Both the position numbers and the translations under genes were made by a program. From Pseudomonadota bacterium (GTDB lineage: Bacteria; Desulfobacterota; Desulfobulbia; Desulfobulbales; JAHJIY01), in assembly GCA_018823175.1 (NCBI GenBank), contig JAHJIY010000086.1, positions 9,625 to 73,624 on the forward strand: 64,000 nucleotides of DNA. Direction: 5' to 3'. Shown here one piece after another: positions 8,338 through 18,720 of this stretch (the first letter of the stretch is position 1; each line of letters starts with the position of its first letter). The notes beneath the pieces are model-generated. The model was not told where the DNA came from, made no database searches, and saw only the letters and a program-made list of their open reading frames with translations.

Positions 8338-11139
8338 CTAGAAGGATCCGCCTATACTGAAGTCCCAGTTGCCCTGGTCCTCTCCCGGCTCCGGATTGAG
8401 GTTGTAACCCCATTCCAGTCGCAGAGGGCCGATGGGTGACATCCACCGGAAGCCATATCCGGCGCTTGATCTGGTCCTGGCCAGGTCCATAAACTCGTCA
8501 TCGTTATAAACATTGCCCAGATCGTAGAAGATTACCCCCTGCAGGCCGGTATCTTTAAGGATTGGGAAGATTAACTCAAGGTTGGCGTACCACATCTTAT
8601 CGCCACCGATTCGGTCGAGAGTCTTTTTATCAACCGGGCTGATGTCGCCGTTGTCAAAACCGCGGATACTTCTTAAGCCGCCTAAATAAAATCTTTCATA
8701 GATCGGCACGAAACCATCCGGATTTTCGGTGATATATCCGACCGCGGCCTTGGGATGAAAAGTCAGGTTTTTGGAAAGGGGAAAATACCAGCTGCTGATC
8801 CCTTCAAATTTGGTAAAGCCGTTGTCGCCACCCAGAGGGCCGCCGGCATATTTTACGCTGAAACTGTTGATCGACCCCTCGGTAGGATTATAAATATGGT
8901 TAGTGCTGGTCCGGCTTAAACCAAATCTAACCGAGCTGGTGGTCGGATGGTTCATTGAGTCAACGGTGCTTTGGGCCGGCGGATTTGTGACAACCTGCGC
9001 GGTCTCTCCGGTTTTAGGATCAATAACGAGCTCATCGGTAGCAGGATCAATTTCTGTTGTCTCAACGTAGATCGGGGTTGGTAATTCCAGGGTGGTATCG
9101 TCCCAGCCGTAGCCGGTGCTGAAGCGCCATTCTTCCCAGATCGGATAACCGAAATTAACCGAAAATCCGTTGGATAATTTGGTGTACTCGTCGTACTCCC
9201 GTTCCCAGTTAAAGACGTTGGTGCTGAACGATAACTTGCTGTCGAACAGATGCGGTTCCGTAAAGTTTAGGTTGTAGCGACTGCTGGTTTCACTGATATT
9301 GGCCTGCACCGCCAGGCTCTGGCCTCGACCCAGAAAGTTGTTTTCCTTTATCTCTCCCATAAAGGAAAGGCGGTCTACCGAGCTGTAGCCCGCGCCGATA
9401 CTGAAGTTGCCGGTCGGCTTTTCGGTAACTTCAACTATGATGTCGAGGAGGTTCTCATCTAGGGTCGGTTCGGGATTAATGTTGAGGTTTTCGAAAAAAT
9501 CCAGTCTTCGCAGGCGCTGGTGACTTTCTTTCAGGGCCTTGGAATCGAACAGGCCGTTTTCCTTGATTTTTATTTCACGCCGAATGACTTTGTCACGGGT
9601 CCGTGTGTTGCCCTTGATGATGATTCGGTTAATATGGACCAGATCACCTTTGGTGATTTTATAGATCAGGTCGACGCTTTTCTCCATGATGTTCTTGTTG
9701 CTATCATAGGTGGTTTCGGAAAATGCGTAGCCTTTTTCCGCGTAGAAGTCGGTCAGACGCAGAATGTCTTCCCGTAAAGTTTTGCGGCTGAAATATTCTT
9801 CCTCGCCAACCTTGATTAATTTCAGCAGGTTTTCCTTGGTGTCGATCAGGTCGCCGCTGATATCAATTTTCCCGACAACATAGCGTTCTCCCTCCTGGAT
9901 ATCGATGGTCACAAAAATCCATTTGTCACTGACGGTAATCTCCGGTGCGCCGACTCTGGCCTCAACAAAGCCGTGGTTATGGTAAAAGGAGGTGACTCGG
10001 GCGACGTCCTGTTCCAGGATTTCCCGTTTCAGCATGCCGGAATCGGTGAACCAGGACAATAACCCCTTTTCAGAGGTTGACATGACTTTGAGCAGTTCGG
10101 AGTTATCAAAAGAGTGGTTGCCGGTGAAGCTGATCTCCTTGATAAATATTTTCTCATTTTCGGTGATCACGAATTTCAGGTTGAGGCGGTCCGGTTTAGG
10201 GTAGGTTCTCTCAATGGCGACTGCGGCATTGTAATACCCTTTTTCCCGGTAAAGCTGCAGAATATTGTCGATTGAGGTTCTGACCAGTTGTTCGTCGATA
10301 ATGGAGTTTGCTCTTACCTTGATCACTTCCTTGATGTTTTCTTCCTTGACCTTGTCCTGACCGCTGATCTCCACCTGATTGACTATTGCTTTTTCGGTAA
10401 TCAGGAAGGTGACATTTTTCCCTTGTGGCGAGTCAGTTACCTCGACCTGGACGTCTTTGAAGTAGCCCATCTTGAAAATACTTTTGATGTCGTTACTGAA
10501 TTTGGCTGGATCGTAGAGGTCTTTTTCCTGACTGATAATGTTTTTGAGGATGGCGCCGGAATCAATTCTTTTGTTGCCCTTGATCTCGATTTTGCCAATC
10601 AGTGAATCACGATGGGCATAAGACCACACCTGATCGACCAGGGGGCCAAGGGCGGTGGCCAGCTCTTTTAGCGAATTGGTTTTCCCGTAAAAATAAACGG
10701 GGTCGGTCTCGGTTTGCAGATCAACCACCGCCAGATCAATGCTTATGGTGTCTCCCGTCTTCATTAAGCTGCCGGTGGCGGCATAACGGTATTCATTTCC
10801 GGCAAGTCTGTTCAGGTCCGGGCGGGTGGGAGGTGATGCCGGATAATTTATTTCCGCCGCCGCATTTTCCCGTGAGATGAGGGTGATATTTCTTAAAGAA
10901 AGGGTCTCCGCCAAAGCCTGGTCAGTGGCCTTGGTCAAGGTCTCCTGGTCGTGAGCGGCGTTTACCGTGAAAGGCAGAAAAACGACTTGCTGGTCAGAGC
11001 CGGCGGCCATTACTCTCTCAGGAGAAAAAATTTGAAAAAGCAGGGTGCAGATAATTATTAAATATAATGGTGAAAAATATCCTGGGCCAGGTGTTGTTGC
11101 GTAGTCGGTTTGGGTCAAATATTTCATGAGGTATATCAA
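8338..11139 (-). CDS. bamA: Outer membrane protein assembly factor BamA, with extra N-terminal domain
   Basis: 933 aa. Repeated POTRA-like units (I..I.I.GN.R), a C-terminal Omp85 barrel (RGF...GG, ...WDFSIGGSF end) and about 170 extra N-terminal residues. Confidence 0.9.
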   Translation of the reverse strand: MIYLMKYLTQTDYATTPGPGYFSPLYLIIICTLLFQIFSPERVMAAGSDQQVVFLPFTVNAAHDQETLTKATDQALAETLSLRNITLISRENAAAEINYPASPPTRPDLNRLAGNEYRYAATGSLMKTGDTISIDLAVVDLQTETDPVYFYGKTNSLKELATALGPLVDQVWSYAHRDSLIGKIEIKGNKRIDSGAILKNIISQEKDLYDPAKFSNDIKSIFKMGYFKDVQVEVTDSPQGKNVTFLITEKAIVNQVEISGQDKVKEENIKEVIKVRANSIIDEQLVRTSIDNILQLYREKGYYNAAVAIERTYPKPDRLNLKFVITENEKIFIKEISFTGNHSFDNSELLKVMSTSEKGLLSWFTDSGMLKREILEQDVARVTSFYHNHGFVEARVGAPEITVSDKWIFVTIDIQEGERYVVGKIDISGDLIDTKENLLKLIKVGEEEYFSRKTLREDILRLTDFYAEKGYAFSETTYDSNKNIMEKSVDLIYKITKGDLVHINRIIIKGNTRTRDKVIRREIKIKENGLFDSKALKESHQRLRRLDFFENLNINPEPTLDENLLDIIVEVTEKPTGNFSIGAGYSSVDRLSFMGEIKENNFLGRGQSLAVQANISETSSRYNLNFTEPHLFDSKLSFSTNVFNWEREYDEYTKLSNGFSVNFGYPIWEEWRFSTGYGWDDTTLELPTPIYVETTEIDPATDELVIDPKTGETAQVVTNPPAQSTVDSMNHPTTSSVRFGLSRTSTNHIYNPTEGSINSFSVKYAGGPLGGDNGFTKFEGISSWYFPLSKNLTFHPKAAVGYITENPDGFVPIYERFYLGGLRSIRGFDNGDISPVDKKTLDRIGGDKMWYANLELIFPILKDTGLQGVIFYDLGNVYNDDEFMDLARTRSSAGYGFRWMSPIGPLRLEWGYNLNPEPGEDQGNWDFSIGGSF

Positions 11140-11178
11140 TGTCTGCTTAAGATTAATGGGGAAATTCGTTCAGTGGTC

Positions 11179-11877
11179 CTATTCGCAGAGCCGGCCATCT
11201 TCCAGGGTAAGGCAACGATGCATCTGGCGGGCCAGGTCATAGTTGTGGGTCACCATTACCGTCGATAATCCGGATGACTGGTTAATCTCCTGGATCAGTT
11301 CGAATACCCGGTTGCCGGTGCCTGGATCCAGGTTGCCGGTCGGTTCATCCGCCAGGAGTAAGGAAGGTTTCATGATCATGGCCCGGGCCAGGGCAACGCG
11401 CTGCTGTTCACCACCGGATAATTCTCCCACCTTATGATTGAGGCGGCTGGTGAGTTCAACTCTGGCCAGGAGCTCGTGTCCTGCGGCCATTAGTTCTTTT
11501 CGGTTCATGCCGGCGATGATGGCCGGCATCACCGTATTTTCCAAAGCGGTGAAATCCGGCAGCAGGTGATGGGACTGGAAGACAAAGCCGATGGTCTGGT
11601 TACGAAAGATCGAAAGCTGGCTATCGTTTTTCAGGAAAACATCTTTCCCGTCACAGAACAGAGATCCTTCTGTGGGTCGGTCCAGGGTGCCCAGAATCTG
11701 CATCAGGGTAGTTTTGCCGGTCCCTGATTTGCCGACAATGGCGATCATCTCTCCTTTTTTAATGTGGAGATCGATGCCCTTGAGAACTTCCAGCTCATGA
11801 ACGGTGGAAAATGATTTTTTTATGCCGGTGGCCCGGAAATCAGTGGCCCGATTATTATTGTTAATATTTTTGCTCAT
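11179..11877 (-). CDS. lolD: Lipoprotein-releasing ABC transporter ATP-binding protein LolD
   Basis: Walker [13 protein letters not shown] signature LSGGEQQR and Walker B LLLADEPT. Adjacent to a LolC/E-type permease. Confidence 0.9.
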   Translation of the reverse strand: MSKNINNNNRATDFRATGIKKSFSTVHELEVLKGIDLHIKKGEMIAIVGKSGTGKTTLMQILGTLDRPTEGSLFCDGKDVFLKNDSQLSIFRNQTIGFVFQSHHLLPDFTALENTVMPAIIAGMNRKELMAAGHELLARVELTSRLNHKVGELSGGEQQRVALARAMIMKPSLLLADEPTGNLDPGTGNRVFELIQEINQSSGLSTVMVTHNYDLARQMHRCLTLEDGRLCE

Positions 11878-11892
11878 GGTCTTTTCGTCTTT

Positions 11893-13134
11893 TTAATGTT
11901 CGTAGCGTAAGGCTACGGCCGGTTCCACCCGGGATGCCTGCCATGAGGGGTAAAGGGTGGCGAGAAAAGTTATCAGGACCGCCGAGACCGAAATCATGAT
12001 GACATCAAGTGGCAGTACCTTGACCGGCAGGATCGATAGCGGATAAACATCGGGCAGTTTGATGAACTGATAATGGCTCAGCAGTTCGCACAGGGTCAGC
12101 CCGCCGATGATTCCCAGAATGGTGCCGGCCAGACCGATCACCAGTCCCTCGTAAATAAAGATCCGCATGATATTTCTGGCGGTGGCGCCCATGGATTTCA
12201 GGATGGCGATGTCCTTGTTTTTTTCCATAACCACCATGGTCAGGGTACTGACGATGTTAAAGGCCGCCACCAGAACGATCAGGGCCACGATTATCGACAG
12301 GGCGGTTTTTTCAAGTTGCAGGGCGGAGAAGAGGTTTTTGTTCATCTTCATCCAGTCTTTGGCAATATAGACCATGCCAAGTTTCTGTTCGATCTGTTCG
12401 GAGATAACTCCGGCCTGGTATATATCTTTAACCTTTACTTCCAAGCCGTGGACACTGTCGCCAATGTCAAGAAAACCCTGGGCTGTTTCCAGTGAAACAT
12501 AGATCAGGGTTGAGTCGTATTCATACATTCCGGTTTCGAAAACCCCGGCTACCCGGCATGCCTTCATCTTGGGAATGACCCCCATCGGGGTAAGGGGACC
12601 GGCGGCGGAGATCAGCCGGATCCGATCATTCTTTCTGAGCCGCAGTTGTTTGGCCAGTTCACTGCCGATAATTACGCCGGGGACTCGTGGCTGTTCAGGA
12701 TCGTCGGCCGGCAGGGCAAGATCCTCGATCGACCCTTGCTGCATATGCTGTTCGATACTTAATACCGAGGTGACCGAACCTGGGTCAATACCGCGCATGA
12801 TTGCGCCGGTCCCTCCGGAGTGGCCGCTGATCATGGTTTGGGTGTAAAGATAAGGGGTGACTGCGGCAACTCCTTCAATCTGCATAATCTTGGGCTGTAG
12901 TTCCGCGTAGTTGCTGATGGTGTCACCGAGTTTTTGGACCACAATATGCGAGTTGATCCCGAGGATCTTGGTCCGGAAACCGTCGGTGAAGCCGGTCATT
13001 ACCCCGAGCACGCAGATCAGGGCCATCACGCCGACCGCTACGCCGGCCACGGAAATAAAGGTGATCAGCGAAATGAAGCCTTGTTTGCGTTTGGCTTTCA
13101 GATAACGGAGACAGACAAACCATTCAAAATGCAA
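11893..13134 (-). CDS. lolC: Lipoprotein-releasing system permease LolC/LolE family (MacB-like FtsX)
   Basis: 413 aa. Four-TM FtsX-type permease with a large periplasmic loop. Upstream of lolD. Confidence 0.85.
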   Translation of the reverse strand: MHFEWFVCLRYLKAKRKQGFISLITFISVAGVAVGVMALICVLGVMTGFTDGFRTKILGINSHIVVQKLGDTISNYAELQPKIMQIEGVAAVTPYLYTQTMISGHSGGTGAIMRGIDPGSVTSVLSIEQHMQQGSIEDLALPADDPEQPRVPGVIIGSELAKQLRLRKNDRIRLISAAGPLTPMGVIPKMKACRVAGVFETGMYEYDSTLIYVSLETAQGFLDIGDSVHGLEVKVKDIYQAGVISEQIEQKLGMVYIAKDWMKMNKNLFSALQLEKTALSIIVALIVLVAAFNIVSTLTMVVMEKNKDIAILKSMGATARNIMRIFIYEGLVIGLAGTILGIIGGLTLCELLSHYQFIKLPDVYPLSILPVKVLPLDVIMISVSAVLITFLATLYPSWQASRVEPAVALRYEH

Positions 13135-13178
13135 AATTATATACCTTGTGCAAGATTATTACTTTAATTCGGGCCGCT

Positions 13179-14663
13179 TTATCTTTCCGATTTTCGCAGA
13201 TGCGGAAAAAGAATGACATCGCGGATTGAGGCGGAATTGGTTAGCAACATCACCAGGCGGTCAATGCCGATTCCTTCACCGGCGGCAGGTGGCATGCCAT
13301 ATTCCAGGGCCCGGAGAAAATCTTCATCCAGTTCCGGAAAGATCTCTTCGTTTTCCCCTTTTTCCGCGATCTGTTTTTCAAGACGTTGGCGCTGGTCGAT
13401 CGGGTCATTCAACTCGCTAAAGGCGTTGGCGATTTCCCGGCCGGTGATAAACAGTTCGAAACGGTCGGTCACTTCCGGGTCATTTTCGTTGCGTCGGGCC
13501 AGCGGCGAGACCTCGGTCGGGTAGGCCGTGATAAAGGTGGGGTTAATCAGCTTTTCTTCCACCAGCAATTCGAAGAGCTCGGTTTTGGCCTTGCCGTGCC
13601 CGGCTTTCTCTTCCAGTTTAATTCCGTTTTCCTTGACCAGTTGCATGACTTTGGCAGGATCGTCAAGGGTCTCTCTGGCGATTCCTGCTATTTCGATTAG
13701 CGACTCGTCCATAGTGTAACGTTTCCAGGGCGGCGAAAGATCTACTTCCTGCCCCTGGTAGGGAACGGTCATCGACCCGGTTACTTCCGCCGCGATCCAG
13801 GAAATCATTTCCTCGGTCAGGTCCATCATGTCATCATAGGTAGAGTAGGCCTGGTAAAACTCAAGCATGGTGAATTCGGGGTTATGCCTGGTTGATAGAC
13901 CTTCGTTTCTGAAGTTGCGGTTGATCTCGAACACTTTTTCAAAGCCGCCGACTAATAATCTTTTCAGATATAACTCCGGGGCGATCCTTAAATAAAGCTC
14001 CATGTCCAGGGCGTTGTGGTGGGTCTTGAAGGGTTTGGCCGTGGCGCCGCCGGCGATTGGATGCATCATCGGGGTCTCTACTTCCATGAAACCGCGATTG
14101 GCCAAAAAATCCCGGATCAGACGGATGATCTCCACCCGTTTTCTGAAGGTGTCTCTTACTTCCGGATTGACAATCAGATCAACATATCTTTGCCGGTATC
14201 TGGTTTCCACATCGGTCAGGCCGTGAAATTTTTCCGGCAAGGGCAGGAGGGATTTGGTGATCGGTTTAAGGGTCGAGGCCTGCAGGGACAATTCGTCGGT
14301 CTTGGTCCTGAACAGGGTGCCCGAAAAACCTGCAATATCGCCGATGTCCAATTTTTTGAAGATGGCGAATAACTCATCACCGACGATATCTTTTTTGATA
14401 TAGATCTGGATTTTATCCGTCTCATCCTGAATTTTCAGGAAGGCGGCTTTGCCGAAATTGCGCATCGCGACGATCCGGCCGGCCAGGGTGTATGAGGGGC
14501 CGGTGCCGGCGACGGTATCTTTGGTTATCGTGTCGGCCATTCCCAGGATGTCGCTGATCGCGTCGGTTGGTTTGAAGTCATTGGCGTAAAGATTTACGCC
14601 CATTTCCGCCAGGCTGGCGGCTTTTTCCCGACGTTGTTTTAAGAGTTGATTAAGTTCATTCAT
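13179..14663 (-). CDS. lysS: Lysine--tRNA ligase (class II)
   Basis: 494 aa. OB-fold anticodon-binding N-domain and class II motifs (FMEVETPMM, FRNEG, GIGIDRLVMLL). Confidence 0.95.
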   Translation of the reverse strand: MNELNQLLKQRREKAASLAEMGVNLYANDFKPTDAISDILGMADTITKDTVAGTGPSYTLAGRIVAMRNFGKAAFLKIQDETDKIQIYIKKDIVGDELFAIFKKLDIGDIAGFSGTLFRTKTDELSLQASTLKPITKSLLPLPEKFHGLTDVETRYRQRYVDLIVNPEVRDTFRKRVEIIRLIRDFLANRGFMEVETPMMHPIAGGATAKPFKTHHNALDMELYLRIAPELYLKRLLVGGFEKVFEINRNFRNEGLSTRHNPEFTMLEFYQAYSTYDDMMDLTEEMISWIAAEVTGSMTVPYQGQEVDLSPPWKRYTMDESLIEIAGIARETLDDPAKVMQLVKENGIKLEEKAGHGKAKTELFELLVEEKLINPTFITAYPTEVSPLARRNENDPEVTDRFELFITGREIANAFSELNDPIDQRQRLEKQIAEKGENEEIFPELDEDFLRALEYGMPPAAGEGIGIDRLVMLLTNSASIRDVILFPHLRKSER

Positions 14664-14743
14664 CTTGTTTCCGTTATCTTAGTGTTAAATGGTCCGGTAA
14701 AATATTTTTATCTGATGTCCGGTTGAATAGTATGTTTGGAATA

Positions 14744-15844
14744 TCAAGCCGGGTATTTGTGGCGCAGGGTCTCTGAGACGTCATGGGTCAGATTCAGGAC
14801 ACGTTGCGCCAACTCCAGCGACAGTGAGCCTGTTCCGCAGCTGGGGGTGATCATGGTCTGGTTTAAAAGAGCGGCCAGATCCCATTGGTCATTAGTTAAT
14901 TGGGCGGCCTGTTTTTCCCAGAGGGTAACCAGGGAAGCGGTGGTCTCACCGGTAATGATTTCTGCATTGGCGGTCGGGACAATACCCCAGGCCAGAATGC
15001 CGCCATTATTTAAATATTCATAAACCGGTTTCTTGTCGGCGATCAGGCGATCAAAAAATCCGTAGGCATCAAAACTTAAAACATCAAGACCGATTGACAG
15101 CAGCAGGTTCCAGTCGGTGTTGGCGCAGACATGTACGCCAGCCAGCCCCCCGGCTTCCTGGATTGCGGTGATGACTTCCGTCAGGTCCTGGCTTATATCA
15201 TCAAGACTGATGCTGATAAATGATGATGATCCAAGTCCGGCCAGGGCTGGTTCATCGATAAAAATTATGACCGGCAGTTTTGATTCTTTTAGAAAAGTTA
15301 CCTGCCAGGCAGCTTTCATGGCCAGCGCCTTGACCACCATTTCCCTGATGGTCGGATCGTAATAACCAAGTCTTTTATCTTTGTCATGGAGACCGGTCAG
15401 CAAGGTGAATGGCCCGGTGATCTGACCCTTGAGGGCGATCAACTCATTTTTGCCGGCGACTATCTCCTTGAACCGATATAGGCCGCCCCCCCTTTTTTCG
15501 CTGACCTGAAATCGGGAAGACAGTAGTTTGGAAGGGGACTCGATAACGGCCAGATATTCTTCGAAGAAGGCAAGAAGTTCCGGCTCGAAATTTTCGGTGG
15601 CGGTCTCGAAAAAAGTGGAGTTCTCTTGCTCAACAATTCCTGGGATCCCTTCAATGAACTGACTGAGCATTCCTTCCAGAGGGTTTGACGGTAACTGCGG
15701 CCAGAGCGGGATGTGTGGCGTGCTGGCCAGGATCAGGTCGAGGGCTTTATTGTGGTCGTTGACCGGCAGGCTGCCGATCAGGGTGGCATGGCCCGCGGCC
15801 CTGAATTGTTTGTCACTAATGATTTTGTTGCTAAGATCTGACAT
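14744..15844 (-). CDS. MetE-like (cobalamin-independent methionine synthase C-terminal domain family, COG0620-type) protein
   Basis: 366 aa. IFIDEPALAG resembles the MetE IQIDEPAL motif. Putative Zn ligands are HVC...ITPSCGTG, and the N-terminal LIGSLP resembles MetE IGSFP. Substrate unknown. Confidence 0.55.
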   Translation of the reverse strand: MSDLSNKIISDKQFRAAGHATLIGSLPVNDHNKALDLILASTPHIPLWPQLPSNPLEGMLSQFIEGIPGIVEQENSTFFETATENFEPELLAFFEEYLAVIESPSKLLSSRFQVSEKRGGGLYRFKEIVAGKNELIALKGQITGPFTLLTGLHDKDKRLGYYDPTIREMVVKALAMKAAWQVTFLKESKLPVIIFIDEPALAGLGSSSFISISLDDISQDLTEVITAIQEAGGLAGVHVCANTDWNLLLSIGLDVLSFDAYGFFDRLIADKKPVYEYLNNGGILAWGIVPTANAEIITGETTASLVTLWEKQAAQLTNDQWDLAALLNQTMITPSCGTGSLSLELAQRVLNLTHDVSETLRHKYPA

Positions 15845-16209
15845 GATAATTTTCTTCGGGAAAAGGTTATTTGTTCAGGTGGTTAAAGGAAAAATTGTTG
15901 TCTGCGCCGAAGTATTTTTGTTTCAGAGCCCCTCGGGATACGGAAAAGCGATTTGCCGATATATTGAGTTTGCGTGTTGATTATCGGGTCAGGATTTCTT
16001 TCGGAGCCGCTTACATTTAAGGCCTATTAGCTATCAGTAACGGTGCTTTCTGTCAATCAATTTTGTCGGTATGGCGGATTGGCAAAAACCGATTCTTCGA
16101 AAAACCTCCTTGCCGAAGGGTATCGACATAACTTGTTGATTTATGACGGCTTAATTAACCTATTTCAATTATTTGCGATATCTTAAATAATTAAATAATC
16201 ATCCCGGCC

Positions 16210-16238
16210 TTGACTGCGCAGCAAATTTTGTTTATTTT
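16210..16238 (+). promoter_or_regulatory. Putative sigma70 promoter of tRNA-Leu (TTGACT-17-TATTTT)
   Basis: TTGACT at 16210-16215, a 17-nt spacer and TATTTT at 16233-16238, 11 nt before the tRNA 5' end. Sequence match only. Confidence 0.3.
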
Positions 16239-16249
16239 TTGATGTTCAT

Positions 16250-16335
16250 GCGAGAGTGGCGGAACTGGTAGACGCACTAGACTTAGGATCTAGCGCCCTT
16301 CGGGTGTGGGGGTTCAACTCCCCCCTCTCGCACCA
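16250..16335 (+). tRNA. tRNA-Leu (anticodon TAG), CCA encoded
   Basis: Manual cloverleaf. Acceptor GCGAGAG/CTCTCGC, anticodon stem CTAGA/TCTAG with loop CTTAGGA, long variable arm, T-arm GGGGG-TTCAACT-CCCCC, then ACCA. Confidence 0.9.
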
Positions 16336-16452
16336 TTATTTAAGGTCAGATAATTACAATAGGCAAATAGCTTGAAACACGTAGTTTTTTCTGTGTTTGA
16401 CGGTGTTTTTGATATCCAAGGGAAAAACAGTTTTCCGCAGTTAGCTGCGGGT

Positions 16453-16644
16453 TTAATGAGTGTCTGTACATAAATGGTCTTTTTCTCCGATAACTTCGTT
16501 GCTGCGTTTTTTGAAAGTGCTCACGGACACAAGTCCGCGGAGTTTATACCCGTCAGGGTGCTTTTCAAAAATCATAGCGCCTTGTTCTCGAACAAAAATC
16601 CTCATTTCTGAACAGACACTAGTGAGCAAATCTGATGATAACAT
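16453..16644 (-). CDS. Orphan HicA-like small ORF, possibly degenerate
   Basis: 63 aa. FVREQGAMIFEKHPDGYKLRGLVSVSTFKK aligns by eye with the HicA consensus (V.R..GSH..F.HP......VTVP.H.KK), but the GSH His is replaced (GAM). There is no room for a HicB partner. Lies 118 nt from tRNA-Leu. Confidence 0.25.
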   Translation of the reverse strand: MLSSDLLTSVCSEMRIFVREQGAMIFEKHPDGYKLRGLVSVSTFKKRSNEVIGEKDHLCTDTH

Positions 16645-16779
16645 CCTTACATACGAAGATTTTCCCGCGGTACGATCAGGAGTTTACCCCCCGTGAGGGG
16701 TACGTATCTGCCGCGAGAGCTTCAATGTTCTTGTAAGATATAACTAATCAAATACCTATAGAATAAAGGAAGGTCCCTG

Positions 16780-18117
16780 ATGCAGGTTACTGTTGAAGAG
16801 GTAAGTTCACTTACCCGTAAAATGAAGATTGTTCTCTCCAAGGAAGATGTCGCCCCTAAAATTGAAGATGCGTATCGTAAACTTGCTTCCGAAGTTTCGA
16901 TTAAAGGATTCAGAAAAGGCAAGGTGCCGCGCAAGGTACTTGAAAAGAATTATGCGCCGAAGGTTAAATCTGAACTGGGCGAGAAACTGGTGCAGGAAAC
17001 ATATTTTGACGCTTTGAGCGAGGTGAAGCTTGATGCGGTGGTTCATCCTGATATTCGGAGTATAAGCTTTGAGGACGATGGTTCATTTGTCTATGAAGCG
17101 GAGGTGGATGTCAGGCCTCAGTTTGAGCTTGGCGCTTATACCGGGCTTGAGGTTGAACAGCAAGAGATTCTGGTGAGCGATGCTGATGTTGACGCGGAGC
17201 TTGAACGGATCAGAAAAGAGATGGCCCCGCTGCGCAGTGTTGATGATCGCGGCATAAAGAATGGAGATGTTGCCGTCTTGAAGTTTGAGGGTTTTCATGA
17301 AGGCAAGGAGATGGATAAGGTAAAGGCCGATGACTTTTCCGTTGATGTGGGCGCCGGACGTCTGGGTAAAGAATTTGAAGAAAACCTTGTCGGGTTGGCC
17401 AAGGGAGAAAAAACCGAGCGCGAGATTGATTTCCCCGTTTCTTTTGGTAATCAGATGCTGGCCGGGAAAAAGGTTAACTTTAAGATTGAAGTCAAAGATA
17501 TCAAGGAAAGAGCTTTACCCGAATTTGATGACGAGTTTGCCAAGGATGTGGGTGAAAATTTCAAAACCCTGGCTGATTTGAAAAAACATATTTCCGAGCA
17601 AAGACGTAAGACCATGGAAGAGGTGCAAAGTGGCGATTTCTCTGATAAAATAATGCTTAAACTGCTCGATAACCACGATTTTGAAGTGCCGCCAAGGTTG
17701 GTGGCCTATGAAGTCAATAATCTGATTACAGAGCTGGAAAATAACCTGACGAATCAGAATATGACCCTGGAGTCGGCCGGGATGAATCGGGACTCTCTGG
17801 TCGAGCAATATAAAGATACGGCTCAGAAAAGAGTGAAAGGCGATTTTATCCTGAAAAAAATTGCCGAGAAAGAAGAAATAAAGCTGGTTGATGAAGATAT
17901 CGAAAACGGCTTTAAACGGATCGCTGAAAAGTATGAAATGGCGGTTGCCGATGTTAAAAAATATTTCTCAAACCGGGATGATCTTCTGCCATTTATGAAT
18001 GAACTTCTCAGTGAGAAGATCCTTAAGTTTTTACGTGATGCTGCCGAAGTAAAGATAGTACCGGTCGGCTCCGCTGACGCCGCAAAAAAAGAAACCGTTA
18101 AAGGAGAAGCTGCATGA
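16780..18117 (+). CDS. tig: Trigger factor
   Basis: 445 aa. N-terminal ribosome-binding motif GFRKGKVP and an FKBP-type middle domain. Followed by clpP-clpX-lon. Confidence 0.95.
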   Translation: MQVTVEEVSSLTRKMKIVLSKEDVAPKIEDAYRKLASEVSIKGFRKGKVPRKVLEKNYAPKVKSELGEKLVQETYFDALSEVKLDAVVHPDIRSISFEDDGSFVYEAEVDVRPQFELGAYTGLEVEQQEILVSDADVDAELERIRKEMAPLRSVDDRGIKNGDVAVLKFEGFHEGKEMDKVKADDFSVDVGAGRLGKEFEENLVGLAKGEKTEREIDFPVSFGNQMLAGKKVNFKIEVKDIKERALPEFDDEFAKDVGENFKTLADLKKHISEQRRKTMEEVQSGDFSDKIMLKLLDNHDFEVPPRLVAYEVNNLITELENNLTNQNMTLESAGMNRDSLVEQYKDTAQKRVKGDFILKKIAEKEEIKLVDEDIENGFKRIAEKYEMAVADVKKYFSNRDDLLPFMNELLSEKILKFLRDAAEVKIVPVGSADAAKKETVKGEAA

Positions 18118-18719
18118 GTCTGATTCCCATGGTGGTGGAGCAAAGTCCGCGTGGTGAGCGGGCTTATGATATCTACTCAAGGTTGCTGAAAGAGAGGATT
18201 ATTTTTCTCGGGACCGGGATTAATGATGATGTCGCCAACGTGATTATTGCGCAGCTTCTTTTTCTGGAGGCTGATGATCCGGAAAAAGACATCACCTTTT
18301 ATATTAATTCGCCGGGCGGCGTGGTTACTGCAGGTTTAGCCATTTATGATACGATGCAGTACGTAAAGTGCGATATTGCTACTTTATGTATGGGGCAGGC
18401 CGCCAGTATGGGGGCGGTTCTTCTTGCCGCCGGGGCTGCCGGTAAACGATATTCACTGCCCAATGCCCGGATCTTGATTCATCAGCCGATGGGCGGATTT
18501 CAGGGGCAGGCCACCGACATTGATATTCATGCCAGGGAAATTCTGAGAATGCGTGAGGATCTGAATAAAATTCTTTCGATTCATTCCGGCCAGAAAATCA
18601 AGAAGATTCAGAATGATACTGAACGTGATTATTTTATGAGTGCCGAAGAAGCAAGGAAATATGGTATAATAGACAAGGTGCTGGTTAAGAGACAGATCCA
18701 AGAGGACGAGGAGGCTTAA
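18114..18719 (+). CDS. clpP: ATP-dependent Clp protease proteolytic subunit ClpP
   Basis: 201 aa with the Ser-His-Asp triad context ([12 protein letters not shown]). ATGA overlap with the tig stop codon. Confidence 0.95.
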   Translation: MSLIPMVVEQSPRGERAYDIYSRLLKERIIFLGTGINDDVANVIIAQLLFLEADDPEKDITFYINSPGGVVTAGLAIYDTMQYVKCDIATLCMGQAASMGAVLLAAGAAGKRYSLPNARILIHQPMGGFQGQATDIDIHAREILRMREDLNKILSIHSGQKIKKIQNDTERDYFMSAEEARKYGIIDKVLVKRQIQEDEEA

Positions 18720-18720
18720 T

